Source: a virus
Taxonomy: Duplodnaviria > Caudoviricetes
Virus record (IMG/VR): IMGVR_UViG_3300048599_000781
Location: 1 to 53,835 of that record
DNA length: 53,835 bases
Reading direction: 5' to 3' (one strand)
Part shown: in pieces, positions 25,461 through 34,008 of the stretch
How the letters are laid out: every line of letters starts with the position of its first letter
Numbering within the stretch: position 1 is the first letter of the stretch
Translations under genes and position numbers: made by a program
The notes under the pieces: model-generated
What the model saw: the letters and a program-made list of their open reading frames with translations, nothing else
What the model was told of the DNA's origin: nothing
Databases searched by the model: none

Positions 25461-27104
25461 ATGCGCGCGCCCCTCGCGCCATCCGGCCTGATCGACGCTT
25501 CCGGCCGGTCGATCTCGCGCTTCGAAGTCGCCCGGGCTCGGGCGAAGGCGAGCATGGACGGGCCGGACGGCTTTGCGCCAGCCTATGAGGGCGCGACGTC
25601 TCGCGGCACGTTCCTGGCCGAATGGCCGGCCATGCTGCGGTCGGCCGACAAGGAATGGCTGCCCGCGCAACGCACGGCGACGGCGCGGGTCCGCGACCTG
25701 GTGCGCAATGAGCCGGTCGCGGCCTCCGGCGTCGCCCGGCGCGTCAACGCCGCAGTCGGCCGAGGCTGGCAGGTCAAGTTCCGACCGAACGCGCGGGCCC
25801 TGGGCATTTCGCTGGAGGCCGCGCGCGAGCTGGGGGGCCAGCTCTCGACCGAGTACAAGCTGTACGCCTACAGCCACGCTTTCCTGAGCGACGCTCAGCG
25901 TCGGATGACCTTCGGCCAGCAACTCCGGCTGGCGGCGCGCCATATCGTCCGGGACGGCGAAGCGCTCGGCCTGGCCGAATGGGCCGAGGGCGAAGAGACG
26001 CGCTATCGCACGCGGCTGAACATCGTCGACCCCGATCGGCTCTGCAATCCGAACGGCCGTCCGGACGGCGAGGTGATCCGGGGCGGGATCGAGCATCGCG
26101 GCGAGGTGCCGCTGAAATACTGGGTTCGCGAACGCCATCCGTCCGACATCGGGGTCGGCAAGGGGTTCCGCTGGACCGGCTTCGATCGCTGGACGCCGTG
26201 GGGCCGGCCGCAGGTCTTCCACTGTTTCGAGGTGGAGCGGGCCGGACAGACCCGCGGGATCTCGCGGTTCGTGTCGTCGCTCAAGAGCTTCCGGGCGCTG
26301 TCGCGGTTCACGAACGCGACCCTGGAGTCCGCGACGATCAACGCGCTGATCGTCGGGTTCCTGAAGTCGAACGCCGGGCCATCGGCCGCGGCCGAGAACT
26401 TCGAGGTCCAGGACGTCAAGAATTTCGAGCGCTGGCGCCAGGAGCACTACGAGACCAATCCGGTCAGCCTGGCCAACGGGGCGACGCTGCCCGTCCTGCC
26501 CTATGGCGACGAAATCCAGCTCCAGACGGCCTCGCGCGAGGTCGACAGCTTCGACGGCTTCGTCCGGTCGATCATCCGGCTGATCGCCGCCTCGCTCGGC
26601 GTCACCTACGAAGAGCTGTCGATGGACTATTCGCAGACGAACTATTCGTCTGCGCGCGCGGCCCTGATCCACGCCTGGGCGGAGACCCGGGCGCTGATGG
26701 GGCTGATGGAAGACCAGCTCGTGCGGCCGTTCTGCGTGGCATGGGCGGAGGAGGCCTTCGACCGCGGCTATGTGTCGATGCCGGCCGGCGCGCCGGACTT
26801 CTACGACGCGGTCGACGCCTATGTGCAGGTTCACTGCATCGGGCCGGGCCGCGGTTACATCGACCCGACCAAGGAGATCGACGCCGCCGCCGCCCGGATC
26901 GAGGCCGGGGTCTCCACCCTGGAAGACGAGTGCGACGACCAGGGCAAGGACTGGGAAGAGGTGCTCGAACAGGCGGCCCGCGAGGCCGCCAAGCGGGAGG
27001 AGCTGGGCTTGCCGCCGGCCGCGGGCGCGCTGTCGCTCGCCGCGCAGACCGCCCGCGATCCGGCCCATTCGGCCTTTCTCGACGCGCGGCCCCGGGCCGC
27101 CTGA
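25461..27104 (+). CDS. Portal protein, lambda family
   Basis: RDLVRN, GQTRGIS, NYSSARA, IDPTKE motifs. Confidence 0.95.
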   Translation: MRAPLAPSGLIDASGRSISRFEVARARAKASMDGPDGFAPAYEGATSRGTFLAEWPAMLRSADKEWLPAQRTATARVRDLVRNEPVAASGVARRVNAAVGRGWQVKFRPNARALGISLEAARELGGQLSTEYKLYAYSHAFLSDAQRRMTFGQQLRLAARHIVRDGEALGLAEWAEGEETRYRTRLNIVDPDRLCNPNGRPDGEVIRGGIEHRGEVPLKYWVRERHPSDIGVGKGFRWTGFDRWTPWGRPQVFHCFEVERAGQTRGISRFVSSLKSFRALSRFTNATLESATINALIVGFLKSNAGPSAAAENFEVQDVKNFERWRQEHYETNPVSLANGATLPVLPYGDEIQLQTASREVDSFDGFVRSIIRLIAASLGVTYEELSMDYSQTNYSSARAALIHAWAETRALMGLMEDQLVRPFCVAWAEEAFDRGYVSMPAGAPDFYDAVDAYVQVHCIGPGRGYIDPTKEIDAAAARIEAGVSTLEDECDDQGKDWEEVLEQAAREAAKREELGLPPAAGALSLAAQTARDPAHSAFLDARPRAA

Positions 27105-27115
27105 AGGACACCGAC

Positions 27116-28618
27116 ATGACGAACATCGCCAATCTGGCGTCCCGCTATGCGGGCCGTCCGCTGCTGCTCACCCCCTCGGCCGCCGCGGACCTGGCGCATC
27201 GGCTGCGCTCGCTCGACCCCCGCGCCTTCGAGCGGCCCGGCCGTCTGTCGGCCTTCCTTCGCCGGGTCGGCCTGGCCCCGGGCGGCGGCCAGGGCCTGCG
27301 CGCCTGGGACGATGACGGCGACTGGGCGGCCCCGCCGCCCCTCGAGGAACGCCTGGCCTATGCGCCGCGCTGGGCGGGCGAGATCGAGGACCAGGGCTAT
27401 GCCTGGAGCCTCAAGTCCGGGGTGGCGCTGATCGGCTGCGATACGCCGCTGGTCGAGCGCGGCGAGGAGTTCTGCGGCGTCGTCTATCACGGCTATGACA
27501 CCCTGCTGCTGGCCCTGCGCGAGGCCCTGGCGGACGAGCGCGTGGGCGGGGTGTTCCTGCGGCTCGACTGTCCGGGCGGCGTGGTCGGCGGCGGCCTGAA
27601 CAAGCTGGCGGCGTTCATCCGCGACCATCGCGCCTCGGCCGGCGGCAAGCCCATCTGGGTGTTCGCCGACATGGCGTGCTCGGCGGCCTATTGGATCGCC
27701 GCCCAGGCCGACCGCATCCTGGCGCCTTCGGTCGGCTATGTCGGCTCGATCGGGGCGGTGATCGTCCACGAAAGCCGGGCGGCGATGCTGTCGGAAGCCG
27801 GCGTCGAGATCACCGCCATCCAGTTTGGCGAGCTGAAGACGGACGGCGCCTGGTGGGCGAAACTGTCCGAGACGGCCCGGGCGTCGTTCCAGTCCGACGT
27901 GGATGAATGCGGCCGGGCGTTCCTGGCCGCCGTCACGGCGGGCCGGCCGGCGCTGACCGCAGACGCCCTGATGGCGACCAAGGCCCAGGCCTTCATGGCC
28001 GAGCATGCCGACCCCGAACGGTCGGGCCTGGCGCTCGGCTTCGTCGACGAAATCACCGACGAGGAGGCCGCCTTCGAGGCGCTGGCCGCCCTCGTCGCCG
28101 ATCCTACTCCCGGACCAGGACAACACTCGCCCGCTGCGGACGGGAGCCGCACGGCCGCCACTCCCAAGGAGGCTCCCATGGCCGTACGGCCGACCAACAA
28201 GGCGCAGATCGCGGCCCGCCGCGCCAAGCTGCAGGAAGAACTCGACCAACTCGACGAGGAGGAAGCCGCGACCGGCGGCGATCCCGGCGAGGGCGAGGAA
28301 ACCGACGAAGACGCCGACGCCGAGGACGCTGCTCCGGCCTCGGGCGAGGCGGCGGCGATCGCGGCGAGCAAGGAGGCCAAGGCGCATCCGGCCCTGGCCC
28401 TGGCGGCGATCCAGTCGGGCCAGACCCTGGCGCAGTTCAAGGCTTCGGCCTCGGCGGCCGCGGCTGGCGGCGGCGCGCGGATGTCGCGGCTGGACGCGGT
28501 GATGCGCGGTTCGGCCCGGCTCGGCGCCGACGGCGTGCGCGTCGAGGGCGGCCGCAGCGGCCACGCCTCGGCGATCAGCGCTCGCGCCGAGCGCAACCGC
28601 GAGAAAGCCGGCGCCTGA
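27116..28618 (+). CDS. S49 head maturation protease (gpC-like) with C-terminal scaffold
   Basis: DCPGG, ACSAAYWIA, GSIG; acidic C-terminal region. Confidence 0.9.
   Translation: MTNIANLASRYAGRPLLLTPSAAADLAHRLRSLDPRAFERPGRLSAFLRRVGLAPGGGQGLRAWDDDGDWAAPPPLEERLAYAPRWAGEIEDQGYAWSLKSGVALIGCDTPLVERGEEFCGVVYHGYDTLLLALREALADERVGGVFLRLDCPGGVVGGGLNKLAAFIRDHRASAGGKPIWVFADMACSAAYWIAAQADRILAPSVGYVGSIGAVIVHESRAAMLSEAGVEITAIQFGELKTDGAWWAKLSETARASFQSDVDECGRAFLAAVTAGRPALTADALMATKAQAFMAEHADPERSGLALGFVDEITDEEAAFEALAALVADPTPGPGQHSPAADGSRTAATPKEAPMAVRPTNKAQIAARRAKLQEELDQLDEEEAATGGDPGEGEETDEDADAEDAAPASGEAAAIAASKEAKAHPALALAAIQSGQTLAQFKASASAAAAGGGARMSRLDAVMRGSARLGADGVRVEGGRSGHASAISARAERNREKAGA
28178..28618 (+). CDS. 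Nested in-frame scaffolding protein (Nu3-like)
   Basis: AAGGAGG RBS before in-frame ATG 28178 inside the protease gene. Confidence 0.65.
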   Translation: MAVRPTNKAQIAARRAKLQEELDQLDEEEAATGGDPGEGEETDEDADAEDAAPASGEAAAIAASKEAKAHPALALAAIQSGQTLAQFKASASAAAAGGGARMSRLDAVMRGSARLGADGVRVEGGRSGHASAISARAERNREKAGA

Positions 28619-28660
28619 GCGCCGGCCTGATCTCTCTCAACCGAAACACAGGAGGCCAAC

Positions 28661-29350
28661 ATGAAGGCCTATTCGTTCAGGACGGGCCTTTCGGGCCTGT
28701 CGGACCTCATCCATTCGGAGTGGGACCCGACCCACTCCACCGATCGCGAGATCCTGGCGGCCGGGGTCGGCGGGGCGCGCAAGCTTGAGCAGTTCGCCCT
28801 GGTGGCGGGCGTGATCGCCGGCGTCGCGACCCTGACCCCGGCGGCGCCGGTCGGGGCGGGCAACGGCGTCCTCGCCGACCTGACGGCCGACGCCGGCGCG
28901 CCGGAAGGCGAGTACGTCATCGTCTTCACCGAACCCGCGGCCAATGGCGGCGCGTTCAACGTGCTCCGCCCGGGCGGGGCGTTCGACGGGGCCGGGACGG
29001 TCGGGGTCGCCTACAACGGTGCGATCAACTTCAACCTCGGCGACGGCGCCGTGGACTGGGGCGTCGGGACCTACATCAAGGTCGCCCTGAGCTACGCGCC
29101 CGGGATGAAGACCAAGTATGTCCGCTGGGACCCGGCCGCGACCAACGGCGCGCAGCACCTGCTGGGCGTCAACCTGTTCGACGCTGAGGCCGCCGAGGAC
29201 GAAGACGGCGAGCTGGTGGTGCTCAAGCGTGGGCCGGCCGTGATCCGCAAGGAGGCGGTCAGCTTCCACGCCGGCGCCACCGACGCCCAGAAAGCGGTCG
29301 CCTTCGCCACCCTGCTCGCCCTGGGCATCAAACCCGCGGAGACCGGCTGA
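28661..29350 (+). CDS. Head decoration protein (gpD-like) with inserted domain
   Basis: Directly before the MCP; SRE-like start, C-terminal LxxLGI; strong RBS. Confidence 0.8.
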   Translation: MKAYSFRTGLSGLSDLIHSEWDPTHSTDREILAAGVGGARKLEQFALVAGVIAGVATLTPAAPVGAGNGVLADLTADAGAPEGEYVIVFTEPAANGGAFNVLRPGGAFDGAGTVGVAYNGAINFNLGDGAVDWGVGTYIKVALSYAPGMKTKYVRWDPAATNGAQHLLGVNLFDAEAAEDEDGELVVLKRGPAVIRKEAVSFHAGATDAQKAVAFATLLALGIKPAETG

Positions 29351-29420
29351 GCCGGCCGCGCAAGCCCGCCTCCCGCGCCAGACAGGCGCCTTCCACCTCA
29401 ACTGAACCAAGGAGGGTCAC

Positions 29421-30500
29421 ATGGACCCGGAAGAACTGCTCGACCACGGGTCGACGCTGCCCTACCTCGCGTCCGAACACGTCGCGCTGATCAACAGCAT
29501 CCGCCCGACCTTCGGCCAATTGAACGCCGACGGCCTGTTCCCGACCGACGGCCTCGATACGCCGTTCGTGCGGATCGACATGGTCAACGGCGTGATCCGC
29601 GCCCTGCCGGTCACCCCGGAGGGTCGGCCGTCGACCATCGCCGGCCGCCAAACCAGCGAAGGCCGGATCGTGGAGATCCCGAACGTCAGCCATGAGGACT
29701 CGGTGCTGGCTGGCGATATCCGCAAATGGCTCGCCCTGGCCAGGCGGTCGCGCCATCCGGAAGAGACGCTGGTCAATCAGGTGGAGACGCGGCACCGCAG
29801 GAACCGCCTGAAGTTCGAAATCACCCAGGAGGTGATGAAGATCAGCGCGCTGAAGGGCCGGATCGTCGATGGCGCGGGCGAGCTGCTCTATGACCTCTAC
29901 GACCTGTTCGGCCTTCAGGAGCGAGTGGTCTATTTCGACCTCGCCGATCCGAACACCGATGTCCCGGGCAAGATCGAGGAGGTGATCGGCTCGACCGAGG
30001 ACGCCCTGGTCGACGAGGTGATGGATGGTGTGGAGGTGCGGGTCGGACCGGACTTCTATAACGCGCTGATCCGTCACCCTTCGGTGGAAAAATACTATCA
30101 GGGCACCCCGGCGATGCTGGCGCAGCTCCTCAACCAGCAGCGCGAGAAGGTCAACGGCCACTTCCGCCGTACGATCGAGATCGCGGGCCTCGTGTTCAAG
30201 GAGTACCGGCCGAAGGTCACGCTCTGGGGCAGCGAGGTCCCGGTACGGCTGGTGGCGGCCGGCGAAGGGCACGCCTATCCGACCGGCACGCTGGACACCC
30301 ACGCCACCTATGCCGCGCCGCCGCTCGACATCCGGGTTCTGGACGAGGGCGGGTCCGGGGATGTGGACGACCTGATCCACATGACGATGGAGCCGAAGAA
30401 GCACGGCGAGGGCGAGGAGTGGAAGTACCAGATGAACGCCCTGCCCATCTGGAAGCGTCCGGCGCTGCTGACGCGCCTCAGCGCGGCCGAAGGCCCGTAA
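29421..30500 (+). CDS. Major capsid protein (gpE-like)
   Basis: ALKG.I.D, DL...FG, N.LP...RP motifs; strong RBS. Confidence 0.9.
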   Translation: MDPEELLDHGSTLPYLASEHVALINSIRPTFGQLNADGLFPTDGLDTPFVRIDMVNGVIRALPVTPEGRPSTIAGRQTSEGRIVEIPNVSHEDSVLAGDIRKWLALARRSRHPEETLVNQVETRHRRNRLKFEITQEVMKISALKGRIVDGAGELLYDLYDLFGLQERVVYFDLADPNTDVPGKIEEVIGSTEDALVDEVMDGVEVRVGPDFYNALIRHPSVEKYYQGTPAMLAQLLNQQREKVNGHFRRTIEIAGLVFKEYRPKVTLWGSEVPVRLVAAGEGHAYPTGTLDTHATYAAPPLDIRVLDEGGSGDVDDLIHMTMEPKKHGEGEEWKYQMNALPIWKRPALLTRLSAAEGP

Positions 30501-30536
30501 GCGGGGGAGGGGACCGGCCTGGCCGGTCCCCCAGCC

Positions 30537-30851
30537 ATGAATTTCTCGGACATGCTTGCGACCCTGGACGGGGCCGTGGCCGACCAGCTCTGCGATGATG
30601 CGACCTGGTCCGGCGTTGCGCACGTCGTGCGCGTGCTGCTGCGCGAAGAGGATGAGACGCTCGAATGGGGCGGCTCCAGCTCCGTCGCGAGCAGCGTCAT
30701 TCTCGAAGTGCGGGTTTCCGAGGTCGCCGCGCCGCGCCCCGGCGACCAGGTGCAGATCGGGCTGCGCAGGTTCCGCCTTCTTCGGGATGAGCCGCGCAAG
30801 TCGACGGACGGCTCATGGTGGGTCTGCGAAGCCGAAGAGATTTCGGCATGA
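30537..30851 (+). CDS. Head-tail joining protein (FII-like)
   Basis: Synteny; P.PGD.V.I motif. Confidence 0.7.
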   Translation: MNFSDMLATLDGAVADQLCDDATWSGVAHVVRVLLREEDETLEWGGSSSVASSVILEVRVSEVAAPRPGDQVQIGLRRFRLLRDEPRKSTDGSWWVCEAEEISA

Positions 30852-31510
30852 GGCCCTCGGTGCGGATGTCCGGCCTGCGCGAGGGGCTCGCAGGCGCCGA
30901 ACGGGACGTCGAGGTCTCGGTGACCTCCGCGATGCGCGAAGCATCGGGGCTCATGAAGGACGATGCGCGCGCGCAGGTCGTGGCCGCCGGCTTGGGTCCG
31001 CGCCTCGGGCGGACTTGGCGCAACCGAACCTATCCGAGCGGCGGACGGACCAGCATCGACGCCGCAGGCTGGGTTTGGACCAAGGCGCCCAAGTTGATCG
31101 ATGCGTTCGACCGCGGCGTGACGATCCGGTCGCAACATGGGTTCTGGCTGGCGATCCCGACCGAGGCGGCGGGCGGCGGCCTGAAGCGGACCGCCGGCCG
31201 CGAAGCCCGCGTGACGCCGGGCGGGTTCGAGCGCCGCACTGGCATTCGCCTCCGTTTCATCTATCGCCGCGGCAAGCCCTCGCTGCTGGTCGCCGACAAC
31301 GCCCGCCTGAACGCGCGCGGGTTCGCCCAGGCGAACACCGGCCGTAGCCGTCGCGGCGGAACCTATACGCGCCTGCAGGGGCGGACGACCGTGGTGGTCT
31401 TCATCCTCGTCCCGCAGGTCAAGCTGCGGAAGCGGCTCGACCTGGTCGCCCTGGAGGCGCGGGCCGCGGTGCGCTGGCCTGGCTTGCTCACCAAGCACTG
31501 GAGAGCCTGA
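30848..31510 (+). CDS. Neck/tail completion protein (DUF6441-like)
   Basis: AGLG.RL, WLAIPT, F.LVPQVKL.KRL motifs; basic protein. Confidence 0.75.
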   Translation: MRPSVRMSGLREGLAGAERDVEVSVTSAMREASGLMKDDARAQVVAAGLGPRLGRTWRNRTYPSGGRTSIDAAGWVWTKAPKLIDAFDRGVTIRSQHGFWLAIPTEAAGGGLKRTAGREARVTPGGFERRTGIRLRFIYRRGKPSLLVADNARLNARGFAQANTGRSRRGGTYTRLQGRTTVVVFILVPQVKLRKRLDLVALEARAAVRWPGLLTKHWRA

Positions 31511-31941
31511 TGGAAAGCCATCGGGCGAAGGTGCTGAACGCCTTGAAGGCGCTGTTCGTCGGCGCGCTGCCAAACGCGGACGTCGCTCGCAACGGCCCAG
31601 AGGATCGGGTCGGGCCGGGCGGTTCGGTCAATATCCACGACGGCGATCCCGGCGAGCCGGACATCCTGCTGTCGCCGCTCAGCTACACCTACGATCACCG
31701 CATCCCGGTGGACGTCGCCGCCTACGCCAGCGCGACGAAAACCCGCGAGGCGGTGCTGGACGAGATGCTTGGTGCGCTCGGCCGGGCCATCGAGGCGGAT
31801 CGCACGCTCGGCGGCCTCTGCGAGTGGCTGGACGCCGAAGCCCCCATCACCGACGACGCCGACCCGTTCGGCTCAGAGCCGCTGCGCTGGGCGCCGCTGG
31901 TGGTCGTCGCCGTCTACACCACGCCCAACCCCCTGACCTGA
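31510..31941 (+). CDS. Tail terminator-like protein
   Basis: DGDPGEP..LLSP, ADRTLGGLC; precedes the tail tube gene. Confidence 0.75.
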   Translation: MESHRAKVLNALKALFVGALPNADVARNGPEDRVGPGGSVNIHDGDPGEPDILLSPLSYTYDHRIPVDVAAYASATKTREAVLDEMLGALGRAIEADRTLGGLCEWLDAEAPITDDADPFGSEPLRWAPLVVVAVYTTPNPLT

Positions 31942-31953
31942 CGGAGAACTGCA

Positions 31954-33243
31954 ATGGCTCGCGCACGCGGCGCCAACGCCATCATGGCGCTGGCGTTCAA
32001 TACTTCGGGCGCTTACGGCGCCATTCCCGGCGCCGGGTGGCGCAAGGTCCCGTTCATCTCGTCCAACCTGGGCGAGGAGCAGGCGCTGATCGAGAGCGAC
32101 CTGCTGGGCTATGGCCGAGCGCCGCTCGCGCCCAGCAAGGACGTGATCAACAATGACGGCGACGTGCGCGTGCCGGTCGACCTCAACAATTTCGGTTATT
32201 GGCTGAAGCTGCTGCTGGGGGCGCCGCAGACCGAGGCCGGCCTGCCGGCCTCGGGGTCGATCACCTTCAGCGCCCAGCCGGAGCCGGATGCGACGATCAC
32301 GCTCTCCGGCCAGGCCTTCACCTTCGTCGCCGGCGCACCGGCCGCGAACCAGATCAGGATCGGCGCGAACCTGCCCGCGACCGTCGAGGCCGCCGTTCGG
32401 GCGCTCAACGCCAGCGCCGTCGCCGGCGTGGCGGCGGCGAGCTACCGGGCCAGCGCCGACGGCTTTGCGATCCTCGTCGAGCATGATGCGCTCGGCCTGG
32501 GCGGCAACGCCTTCACCCTGGCGGCGAGCGTTGACGCCCATGCCGTGCTCTCCGGCGCGACCCTGGGCGGAGGGGCCGCGGCGGGGGCGTTCCGCAACGT
32601 GTACGAGTCCGGGGCGCTCACCCTGCCCGACGCCGGCATCGAGATCGGCCTGCCCGACGCCAGTTCCTACGGCGTGAACTTCGGCGTCATGGCCAACACC
32701 CTGGCGATCGATCTGCAGCGCAGCGGTCACCTGTCGGCGACCATCGGCCTGATCGCCCAGGGCGAACAGCGCGAGGCGGTATCGGCCGCCGCCGGCGCGG
32801 CCGAGCAGGTCATCGAGCGGTTCAGCCAGTTCTCGGGGCTCATCGAGCGGCAGGGCGTCCCGCTCGGCGACGTGGTGTCCAGCACGTTCAACTACTCGAA
32901 CGGCCTCGACAAGGTGGAGGTCATCAGGCCCGATGGCCGGATCGCGGGCGCCGATCCGGGGATGATGTCGGCGACCGGCAATCTGGTCGTCCGGTTCAAG
33001 GACAACAGCCTGATCGACATCGCCCTGAATGGGGAGCCGATCGACGTGACCTGGTCGTGGCGGATCTCGGCGGCCAAGCAGCTTCGACTCACCCTGCACA
33101 GCGTCTTCCTGCCCAAGCCGCGCTTCGCCATCAGCGGGCCGGGCGGCGTCCAGGGGACGTTCGCCTATCAGTCCTCGGCCAAGGCCGGGACCACGAAATT
33201 CCTGACCGCGACGCTGATTAGCGGTCTCGACCACTCGGCCTGA
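31954..33243 (+). CDS. Major tail tube protein
   Basis: MARARGAN start, LLGYGR.P, ISGPGGVQ..F; inserted Ala-rich domain. Confidence 0.85.
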   Translation: MARARGANAIMALAFNTSGAYGAIPGAGWRKVPFISSNLGEEQALIESDLLGYGRAPLAPSKDVINNDGDVRVPVDLNNFGYWLKLLLGAPQTEAGLPASGSITFSAQPEPDATITLSGQAFTFVAGAPAANQIRIGANLPATVEAAVRALNASAVAGVAAASYRASADGFAILVEHDALGLGGNAFTLAASVDAHAVLSGATLGGGAAAGAFRNVYESGALTLPDAGIEIGLPDASSYGVNFGVMANTLAIDLQRSGHLSATIGLIAQGEQREAVSAAAGAAEQVIERFSQFSGLIERQGVPLGDVVSSTFNYSNGLDKVEVIRPDGRIAGADPGMMSATGNLVVRFKDNSLIDIALNGEPIDVTWSWRISAAKQLRLTLHSVFLPKPRFAISGPGGVQGTFAYQSSAKAGTTKFLTATLISGLDHSA

Positions 33244-33271
33244 CGGCCCCAAACCCTCCGAAGGACATTTG

Positions 33272-33832
33272 ATGCCCAGACTCATGAGGGGCCGCGAGCC
33301 GGCCTGGATCACGCTCACCGAGGCGACGGCCGAAGACCCGGCCTGCCAGGTGCTGGTCAGGCCTTACACGCGGCTCGGCCGCGCCGCCGGCGTCGATATG
33401 GCGGTGGCGGCGTCGGAAGCCGGCGGCGGGGCTCGGGAGGCTAATGTCGCCTGGGTGGTCGGGCTGGCGGGCTGGGCGGTCATCGACTGGAAGGGGGTAG
33501 GCGACGAGACCGGGACGCCGATCCCCTGCACGCCGGAGGACGTCCGCGAGCTGATGCTGCAGCATGACGCGGCCTACGAGGCGTTCGACCGGCTCTACGC
33601 CACGCCCGGCCTGGAGCGCGACCTTGAGCGAGACCAGGAAAAAAACGGATCCTCGCCCTCGCCGCGTGGCACTTCGCCGGCCGGGGCGGCTCCGAAAGCG
33701 GCGAGGAAGAAGACGAAGGTGTCCCCTGGGGCGGACGCAGCTACTGCGCCGGCTGCGCCTGCCAAAGCGGCGAATGCGCGTACCGCCGCCATCGGCCGCT
33801 CACCGAGGCCGGCCGCGCCGTCTGGGACCTGA
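33272..33832 (+). CDS. Tail assembly chaperone (G-like)
   Basis: I.DW.GVGD..G motif; EKN slippery site at 33640-33646. Confidence 0.8.
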   Translation: MPRLMRGREPAWITLTEATAEDPACQVLVRPYTRLGRAAGVDMAVAASEAGGGAREANVAWVVGLAGWAVIDWKGVGDETGTPIPCTPEDVRELMLQHDAAYEAFDRLYATPGLERDLERDQEKNGSSPSPRGTSPAGAAPKAARKKTKVSPGADAATAPAAPAKAANARTAAIGRSPRPAAPSGT

Positions 33833-34008
33833 TCTCGGCCTGTCATCGGCAGGTGCGCGCCTCTGACGGCGTGATCTTCGGCCTCGACTTCCCGGCGGTG
33901 CTGTCGCTCGCCGAGCACCTCGACCTCGATATGGCGCTGGTCGCCGAGGTCCTGCCCTTCATCGAACCCCACGTCGTCACCGCCTGGAGGCGGGAGGAGG
34001 ACCCATGA
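33640..34008 (+). CDS. -1 frameshift extension (GT-like chaperone)
   Basis: A AAA AAC heptamer; -1 frame reads RILALAAWHF...YCAGC...AVWDLI...GLDF...AEVLPFIE to a TGA overlapping the TMP ATG. Confidence 0.8.
   Translation, partial: KKRILALAAWHFAGRGGSESGEEEDEGVPWGGRSYCAGCACQSGECAYRRHRPLTEAGRAVWDLISACHRQVRASDGVIFGLDFPAVLSLAEHLDLDMALVAEVLPFIEPHVVTAWRREEDP

Noticed and set aside
30509-30531. GC hairpin after the major capsid gene
   Set aside because: No U-tract, so not called a terminator; probably an ordinary stabilising or attenuating stem.
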